Source: Octopus vulgaris | Taxonomy: Eukaryota | DNA length: 64,000 nucleotides | Assembly: GCA_951406725.2 (NCBI GenBank) | Contig: OX597826.1 | Coordinates: forward strand, 7,068,001 to 7,132,000 | Direction: 5' to 3' | Part shown: positions 53,500 through 64,000 of the stretch, one piece after another | Layout of the letters: each line of letters begins with the position of its first letter | Numbering within the stretch: the stretch's first letter is position 1 | Notes under the pieces: generated by a model | Told to the model about the DNA's origin: nothing | What the model saw: only the letters and a program-made list of their open reading frames with translations | Databases searched by the model: none | Made by a program: the position numbers and the translations under genes

Positions 53500-54015
53500 A
53501 AGGAATTTTGGATCGATGTTAAACAACTCTGCCACCTTGTTTTTGTTTTAGGTAGAGGCTGTCTACGTCACTGTTGATGTGGAAATTATGTGTACTTGTT
53601 AGTATTTTTCGATTTTTCACATCAATGGCTCGGATCTCATCAAGCGTTCAATCAAGCAGTCCAAATGTTGGCATGAGTAATGGTACTGCACACACATTGT
53701 GGGCCACTGTTTTATTGAATGCAGAGGGTTCTAAGGTCCATTTTTGTTTTTTGTATTCGGCTGTAATATTCATTAGCGACACGTGTTTTGTTACAGGTGC
53801 CATTGAAAGATATGCTTTCATCCACCCCTAGATACCTGTAACATTCCTCCGCAGATATTAAGGAAAACAGTTAAATCATTGATAGAGATATTACTTATAT
53901 GATTTATAGTTTTCCCCCTTTTCACAACCATACAACAACATTTATTCTCACCAAACTCCTTTGAGAATGTTATATAAAGTTTCAAGTCATCCACAAAGAA
54001 ACAGTGAGTAATTTT
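53500..54015 (-). mobile_element. Decayed RT of an R4/Dong-like non-LTR retrotransposon
   Basis: ITHCFFVDDLKLY (YxDD), FGENKC..MVVKRGK, SAFNKTVAHNVCAVPLLMPTFGLLD, RKILTSTHNFHINSDVDSLYLKQKQGGR. Confidence 0.85.
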
Positions 54016-54019
54016 GTAA

Positions 54020-54235
54020 ATATGTACGTACGTATGTATATACATGTATGCATGTATGTATGTATGTATGTATGTATGTATGTATGTATATATGTGTGTA
54101 TGTATGTATGTATGTATGTATGTATGTATGTATGTATGTATGTATGTATGTATGTATGTATGTATGTATGTATGTATGTATGTATGCATGTATGTATGTA
54201 TGTATGTATGTACGTGCGTACGTATGTATGTAAGC
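54020..54235. repeat. (TATG)n microsatellite
   Basis: Direct inspection. Confidence 0.95.
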
Positions 54236-54489
54236 ATATGTGTATGTGAGTGTAGTATGTGCGTACGTACACATGCATGTATGTATACCAGGGTTTGAAA
54301 AATAAGTACTGGGTTCGTTTTGTTGGACTACTAAGCCATTCAAAGCGGTGCCCCAGCATGGCCGGGATCCAATGACTGAGACAAGGAAAGTTTAAAAAAT
54401 GGATTTTCACATATATATATATATGCACACGCAGTTTCGATCTCATACGGATGTATGTCCGTGTAAGCGCGTATGTACCGCTCTGCAAG

Positions 54490-55010
54490 GGAGAGAAAGA
54501 GAGGGAGAAGGGGGACACAGAGTCAGAGTGAGAGAGACAGGCATATAAGCAGACAGAATGGGAAGAAGAGAGCCATAGAGAGAGAGAGAGAGAAACAGAC
54601 TGAGAGGAAGATAGAGAATGAGGGAAAGAGAGAGAAAGAGTGAGACAGACAGACAGACAGACCGGGAGAGAGAGAGAGAGAAAGAGAGAGAAAGATAGAG
54701 AATGAGAAAACGAGAGATAAAAAGACTGACAGACATCAAACAGGGACAGAGACACAGAGAATGAGAGAGAGGGAAAAAGTAATAGGGAGAGAGTGAGAAA
54801 GAGAGACAGACAGACAGAGAGAGACATACAAGAGAGAGGGAATGAGAGGGAGAGAGAAAGCGATTAGAAGAGAGTAAGAGAGAGAAGACAGAGAAAACAC
54901 AGAGAATGAGAAACAGAGAGAGAATAAGAAAAAGAGAGAGAAAGAGAGACAGACAGAGACAGACAGATAGACAGAGACAGACAGAGAGAGACAGATAGGC
55001 AGAGAGAAAC
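54490..55010. repeat. GA-rich polypurine low-complexity tract
   Basis: Direct inspection. Confidence 0.9.
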
Positions 55011-55569
55011 AGTGGTACATTATATTCGAGTGGGTACATTTCATAATGTATGACTTTATGTAACCATCCAATAATATTTTCTGGACTGCAATTTCAGGAG
55101 AGCAAATTTTTCTCCGGCCGCCATTACAATCAAACCACCACCCCCACCACCACGATCACCACCTCAGTACCGACCCTAGCCCCACCACCGACGCCGTTTG
55201 CATTTTCATTCCCGTTTACTCACCCAAACCCATTTTACCATTCTTCGCTAAAGGTTCCTGCTATTTACATAACAGGACACTTTTATGTTTTGGCTGTGGA
55301 ATTATGAAAAGTAAACCGAGGTTTTTATACGAAAGGCAAGAGATGGAATCTTTAGCTTGTAAAAGACAAAGTGACAATGATTTAAAAAAAGACAACAGAC
55401 ACAAATGTAAAAGGAAAAAGGAAAAGTTAAGTAAAATAAAAACAAAGAAATATTGCAATGGTAACAGTGACAAGATGGAGGAAAACGCCAACACAACAAC
55501 CAACAACTAACAACAATTGCAATATTTATCCACCTCCTCGCCCTCCTCCTCATACGACTTCTACTCCTA

Positions 55570-56475
<906 letters not shown>

Positions 56476-56896
56476 GACACCGACAAATAACAAAACGATA
56501 ATACTCAAGATGATATCGATAATGACGTTGATGATAATGATGATGATGATGGTGGTTGTGGGGGGTGGTGGTTGTGGTTGTCGTCGTCGTCGTGGTGATA
56601 ATAAAAATAATAATTATCGAGGTGTCGTTACATGAAGACTTAGAATGGCGTCGTGTGCATGTCATATATGTGCGTGCGCGCGTGTAGAGGTGTGTGTGTA
56701 CGTATGTGTGTGTGTATGTGTGTGTGAGTGTGTGTGCGTGTGTGTGTGTGTGATTAACTGCGTTGTAATCGTACGCAGTTATGAAAAGGGTAGCTGGGTA
56801 TATAAGAGACTAACTATTGTAGTGTGTTCGTTCTTGCGTTTGCGTGTGTGTATGTGTGTGTGTGTGTATGTGTGTGTGTGTATGTGTGTATATGTG

Positions 56897-56928
<32 letters not shown>

Positions 56929-57105
56929 CAGTTGTTGTCATTGTAAGAGGCGTAAAAGGCGATGTAGAAAGTGAAAACGAGGTTGTCGGTGGCGCGCGCG
57001 CGTGCGGAGGGGGCGTCGGAAGGTGAGGAAGGGGACGGGTGAAGTTTTGTGTCTTCAAAATGGAGGTGTTGACATCGACAATAAGAATGAATGACAGACA
57101 CCCGG

Positions 57106-57146
<41 letters not shown>

Positions 57147-58679
57147 GGAACGGGAGGGGTGGGGTTGGGGGTAAGGGAGATTATAGACAGGTCAGACAGA
57201 CAGAGTCACATTGAAAGACGAGTAGACAAAGCGAGGGCGAGGCATGGGAAGAGCATGCGCAGACTGAAGCAGACGTGCTGACAGGCAGGCATGCAGGAAA
57301 GCGGGCAACGGGCAAGAAGGGGAGGGAAGCAAGGAGAGGCGGAGAGATGGGTAGAGGAAGAGATGACGAGAGACCGAGCGGGGGTGAGAGAGAGAGAGAG
57401 AGAGGGAGCGAGAGAGAGAGAGAGGTAGGCAAATAGACAGAGAGGGAGAGGAAGGTGGAAAGAAATGGAGAGAATGCGAGGGTTAAATGGTAAAGATGAC
57501 TGCTGTGTGATGGTAAATGTATACGAACGGGAAGAGTAAATGGTTGCAAATGTGACTTGGAGAAATAGAGAGGAAGACAGAGAAGTAGATACAGAGAGGA
57601 GAAGAAAATAGAGAGAGTGAGGGAGAGAAAGAGAGGGACGTCGGAGAAAGAAGTCAGACGGAGAAAGACAGAGAGAGAGAATAGAAGAGAGAGTGATTGA
57701 GTGAAGGGGGCAGGAAGAGCGTTAAATGTTAAAGATGAACGTCGAGTGATGGTGAATCTATATGAACAAGGAGAGTAAGAGTAAGTGATTGAGAATAGGA
57801 GAGAGAGAGGAACACAGGAAGAGAGGTAAATAGGGAGAGGGAGATAGAAAGACAAACAAAGAGAGAGAGAGAGAAGAGGGAGAGAGGGAGAACGGAAGGA
57901 AGGCTGGTAAGAAGATGTGAGAGAGAAAGAGGAGTGGGAAGGAGAGAAGGGATATTGTGATTCCTGTTTGGGTTCGCGTACGCGTCTGTCTCTGTGTCTC
58001 GTATCTGCTGCCTGTATACGCTCACAAATGTATTTAGTGAGTGCGCTTACGTGTCTCCTTGTATGTGTGTGTGTGATGTACGGGCTGTGTGTGTGTGTGT
58101 GTGTCGGTGGTTAAAATGGAATGTGGAGGGTTAAATTGGATGTGTGAAACGGTGGCGGGAAGAGGAGGAGATTGCGAGAAAATTACACGTGCTGACGCCA
58201 ACCGGTCTTAATGGTTTCTTTCTCGAATGAAGACGTTTTTTCCCCTCTTCTGTCCTCGACCTCCTCCCATCCTTTCGTTCGCTTCTTTCTTTCCTTTTTC
58301 TTTTCTTTCTGCCACCAGACACTACAAAACGCCACGCTCCACCACACGCCGCCCCCACCTCCAACCCGCCTATAACCCACCGCCACCCGATTCCACTACA
58401 CTCCTCATCCAACGTCTTGTTGTGCAGACCCACCGTACCTATTCTCTTATTCAAAACACAAAATTCCACCCCTTTTCTTATACACCTGACTCCGCCACCA
58501 ACATCACCATTAACGGCTCAAACATCACCAACGCCAATGCCGCCACCACATCAAAAATTATCACCACCACGACTACGGCAAGCACTAACGCCACCACCGC
58601 CACCACCACCACCACCACCACCATCACAATCATCAATATCAAACTCAGCGTCACTACTATCGTCATATCTAATATTGCT

Positions 58680-59332
58680 TTCAAATTTTACCACAAAGGC
58701 CAGGCATTTCGGGAGAGGGTATGTTATTCGATTAAATCGGCCCCTGTGTTCGATTGGTATTTATTTTATCGATCCCGAGGGATGAAAAGCAATGTTAACC
58801 TCGGTGAACTTTGAACTCCAAACGCAAAGTGGGACGAAAATCTGCCGAGCTTTGTGCCCGGCGCGCTAACGATTCTGCTATTTGGCCACCTTCATTTCAT
58901 GTTGAATATTGAATTCAGATTTTGGTAAAAGGCCATCAATTTCGGAGGGTGGGGGCTATTAGTCGGTTACATCGAACCCCAGCGCTGACATGGTACTTAT
59001 TTTATTGGCCCCAACGGATGGAAGGTAATGTCGACCTGAGTGGAATTTGAACTCAGAAGATGAAGACGGACGTAATGCTGCTAAGTAACTTGTCCGGCGT
59101 GCTACCGATTCTGCCAGCTCTGCTTGTCGCCTTATCGCCATATTTAACACTGATTTCGAATTTGCCACGAAGTCAGCAATTTCGGGGAGGGTGTTAGTCT
59201 GTTTCATCGGCCCCATTACTCAATCGGTACTTATTTTAACGATTATGAAAATGAGGATCGAACTCTGCGGCTTTTGAACTGGAAAGGTAAAAGGAAAAAC
59301 CTGGCGTTCAAATGATTCTGTCAGTTCGCCAC
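58680..59332 (-). mobile_element. Three tandem old SINE C-related copies
   Basis: Repeated GGTACTTATTTTA / TTTGAACT / GATTCTG.CAG motifs. Confidence 0.65.
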
Positions 59333-59341
59333 TAATCGTCA

Positions 59342-60182
<841 letters not shown>

Positions 60183-60421
60183 GGTAAAAATGATGGAAAT
60201 TCCATGCTACGGCACCAGTGTTCCATCGTTACCATTCATTCATCATTAACATTTCATATACTATTAGCTCCATACCATCGATGTCACCGCCCCACCACCT
60301 CCACCACCACCACCACCACCACCACCACCACCATAACTATCATCACAATTATCATCGTTACCATCAAAACACTGCTGCGACCAACCACCACCACCACCAC
60401 CACCATCATCATCATACCATT

Positions 60422-60652
60422 TACCTATTTCTTTATTACCCACAAGGGGCTAAACATAGAGGGGACAAACAAGGACAGACATAGGTATTAAGTCGATTAC
60501 ATCGACCCCAGTGCGTAACTGGTACTTAATTTATCGACCCCGAAAGGATGAAAGGCAAAGTCGACCTCGGCGGAATTTGAACTCAGAACGTAACGGCAGA
60601 CAAAATACCGCTAAGCATTTCGCCCGGCGTGCTAACGTGTCTGCCAGCTCGC
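60422..60652 (-). mobile_element. SINE family C monomer
   Basis: Near-consensus unit. Confidence 0.9.
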
Positions 60653-60654
60653 TG

Positions 60655-60798
60655 AGCTCTGTCACTATACCATCTGCTATCCACCACCGCCACCGTCCAT
60701 ATTATCGCGTCAACACTACCACACTCATCGCCAAGACCACCGCCAGCTTTATTACGGCTACCACCACCACCACCACCACCACCGCTGTCATCATCATC

Positions 60799-60854
<56 letters not shown>

Positions 60855-61652
60855 AAGTAATGCCATTACTGCCACAGTCCATTAGCATCAATGCAGATTC
60901 AAACAGACCACCATCGCCCCCCTTGCAGTTACCACCACCACCACCACCACTACCATTTCCTCAACCCGCGATCACCACCAACACCATCACCCTCACTAAC
61001 ACCACAACCACCACCAACACTATCACCACCACCACTACATCCACCACCACCACCATCTCCACTACCAACACTATTACAGTCACTACTACCCTTACTACCA
61101 TTAACAACCACCATTACTAACATTAACGCAACTACCACTACTAGTACCACTGCCAACACTACGCCCATCTCTACCACCAACACCACAACCATCTTCACCA
61201 CCTCTACGACTACTACCACCACCACCACCACCATCGTCATACCACCACGAACACTAACACTACTTTCACTACTACCACTCTACCACCACCACCACCACCA
61301 CCACCACTAACATCACTAACACGCCTAACACCACCACTACCAACACCAGCACCACGATAGCACTTTCACCTCCACACTCATCACCCCTCTGATTACCGCC
61401 GCTGCACCTACCGCCACCATCACCATTATACCCAGCATTTCCATCATCCCCCCCACACACACACTGACGCCTCCTCCGCCACAACCACTCTTACCGACAG
61501 TGCTACCCAACCAGTCCGCCATCCGTCTTTTGTTGTAATGGCGTTTGTCACCGACTTTGTTGTTTGTTTTGGTTGTTGTTGTGGTTTCCTTGTTGTAATT
61601 GGAGTTGATGGAGAAGGTCGCAGTAGTAGTAGTAGTAGCAGTAGTAGTAGTA

Positions 61653-61704
<52 letters not shown>

Positions 61705-61726
61705 CAGTAACAGTAGTAGTAGTAGC

Positions 61727-61758
<32 letters not shown>

Positions 61759-62050
61759 CTGTAGTAGTACAAATAGTGCTAGTAGTAGTACTACTTCTAA
61801 TACTAGTAAGTAGTAGTGGTACTACTACTACTACTACTACTACTACTAGTAGCAGTAGTAGTAGTAGCAGCAGCAGCAGCAACGGTGGTTATGATGGTGG
61901 TGTTGCGGTGGTAATAGTAGTGGTTGTGGCGGTGGCGATTGTTTGTGGTGATGGCGGTGGTAGTGGTGATGCTTGCGGCTGTGACGCCAGTGGTTGTATT
62001 AGTGGTTCTGGTGGTGCTGCTGCTGCTGGTTGTTGTTGTAGTGTCGGCGG
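60655..62050. repeat. Low-complexity (ACC)n, (ATC)n, (GTA)n, (GGT)n tracts
   Basis: Direct inspection. Confidence 0.9.
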
Positions 62051-62621
62051 TGTTGTCGGCACTGTCATTGCTGCATTGCTGTCTATAATCGGCGACCGCT
62101 GGCGTGAGATGATTGCGAAGCGGGGATTACGGTGTTTGACTTGTATAACAGAAGTGTAAACGCTAGCTGTGTTGATGGTCCTGAAAGAGTCGCTCAGCCG
62201 CCTGGCCTGCGCTAATCGAACCGACCTACGACCAAATCATTTCCAGTCAAAACCAACCTGTTTTAGGGATAGGCAGGGCCGTCACTAAAACCACTCGCAG
62301 GGGGCCTCCGCAGTTGAGGGGCCCATGTCAAGATCAAAGTACGTGGGTGAGTCATCTATTTACTTTGGTTAAATCTGTTGAGCACGAATTAAACCATAAT
62401 TGTTAACTGAAAATTTCAAGAAATAAAATGGTGTCACATTGTACCCACAAAAGTTGTAAAAATAATACATTGTACCATATACGTGTACCAGACTTTATGG
62501 ATTGTCACTGATGTCTATTGAACACGAACTTTGCCCTCAGCTTGAATATTCTGAACTGGTCGATGATTACGCGCCGTTTTTTGTCTTTGAAAGTTGCTTG
62601 GATTATAAAAATCCTCTTTTA

Positions 62622-62678
62622 TTCATCTGTAAGTGTTCATCTGTAAGTTTTCATCTGTAAGTATTCATCCGTAAGTTT
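62622..62678 (+). repeat. 14-bp tandem repeat x4
   Basis: TTCATCTGTAAGTN repeated. Confidence 0.9.
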
Positions 62679-62708
62679 TACTTAATGAAATTTGTAATAG
62701 ACCTAAAT

Positions 62709-62869
62709 AGGCGTAGGAGTGGCTGTGTGGTAAGTAGCTTGCTTACGAACCACATGGTTTCAGTCCCACTGCGTGACAACTTGGGGTCGATGTAATCGAC
62801 TTAATCCCTTTGTCTGTCCTTGTTTGTCCCCTCTGTGTTTAGCCCCTTGTGGGTAGTAAAGAAATAGGT
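62709..62869 (+). mobile_element. Chimeric SINE: family B head fused to family C tail
   Basis: B head to ...GTGACAACTTGGG, then GGGGTCGATGTAATCGACTTAATCC...AAAGAAATAGGT. Confidence 0.85.
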
Positions 62870-64000
62870 GTTGGTAGTAGTATTGTTTGTTGTGGAGGTG
62901 GTGAGAGACGTGGAGGTGGTGAGAGACGTGGAGGTGGTGAGAGACGTGGCAGTGGACGTTGCGGTGATGGTTGTTGTTATGGTGATAGTAATGGTGATAG
63001 TTGTGGTGGTGGAAGCAGTAATGTTTATTGTTGTGATGGTGGTTGTGGTGGCAGTTGTGACGTAGCGGCGGCGGTGGTGTGGTGGTACTGCTGCTGAGAA
63101 TGATGATGTTGGTGGTGATGGCAGTGGTGGTGGCAACGGCGGAGGTTGCCGTGGCAGTGGTAGCAGTGGGAGTGGTGGTGGCAATGGTGATGTTGGTTTC
63201 GATTTCTGGACCGGGCGACGCGTTGTGCTCTTGAGCAAAACACTTCAATTTGCGTGGATCTGATCACATTTACATTTGAGCATTGAAATGGTTGTTAGGT
63301 GTGCTAAAAATAACAGCTAAATAAGATTTATTTACATGAAAGAAAATTACCGGAGACATAACACGTGCTATTTACAAATATTGACATCACGTGCTATTTT
63401 CAGGATGTTGAGAACAAAATGTGCAGTCACGCACAAAATGACATCTTACAAATCCTCTTTCCTGATTGGGTGAAAATGATCAAAATTTAAACCTCTATAA
63501 CTTTATGAAATAACTCCAGCAGTTCAGTTTGGTCAAGTGTTTTATTGTGCCAAATATTAAAATTTTCGGTAACCTTTAATTTTCGAAATGCTGGAAGCCA
63601 ACCCAAAAGTATCCCTTCACGTTACTACAGTCCACTCAGCAGGCAAAAATGAGTTCTCAAGGGAGGGACTGGCGTCCCGTCCAGGTGGGAAATACATAAG
63701 CCATGGAAACCGGGAAACCGGCCTTTATGAGTTGGTAAGGCACGCGAAGGCAACCTTTCTCCCAAACCCCACCCTCCCAAGCGTATACAACTTATAGAAC
63801 CGGCCAAATGCGTTGCCCTAATCAAAGCGTTGCCCGGGCGGACCTCCTTCCCCAATCAGTATGCTATGCAGTTAATTGATTCTTCGCACACCATTGTTGC
63901 TGTGGAAAAAAGGTATTCAAATACTGATGAAAACCGTGCAAAGGGGCGAACCAAACACGGTTGACCCCACTCTTTTACTTGTTCCAGCCATTTGACCTGT

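Noticed and set aside
62274-62325. hAT-like terminus CAGGGCCGTC...GGGGCCC
   Set aside because: No matching second TIR or 8-bp TSD found
63924-63952. CTGATGA...GAAC hammerhead-like motif
   Set aside because: No stem II pairing and no GAAA

Overview
AT-rich, repeat-saturated animal (metazoan) non-coding DNA. The repeat content (three tRNA-derived SINE families, dense (TA)n/(CA)n/(TAGA)n/(AAT)n microsatellites) looks most like an octopus genome; this is inference, not a database result. No intact protein-coding gene is supported, and almost all ORFs in the track are microsatellite read-throughs. Recognisable decayed elements: two R4/Dong-like RLE non-LTR fragments, two Penelope-like (PLE) coding fragments, two mariner transposase relics, pogo/Tigger-like MITEs and possible solo LTRs. 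Most interesting signals: (1) three related PLE 3' ends, each carrying a minimal type-I hammerhead ribozyme motif with a loopless stem III, two of them with a U at core position 6; (2) PLE-style inverted ends and a ~150-nt structured RNA candidate sitting in (TA)n tracts; (3) a SINE family whose target sites, 3' end and an internal site share GTATTT/AAATAC, and which forms single-headed ~184-bp head-to-tail arrays of mixed subfamily units; (4) modular head/tail swapping among SINEs; (5) a mariner built from two inverted 5' ends. Coordinates were counted by eye and element edges are approximate.
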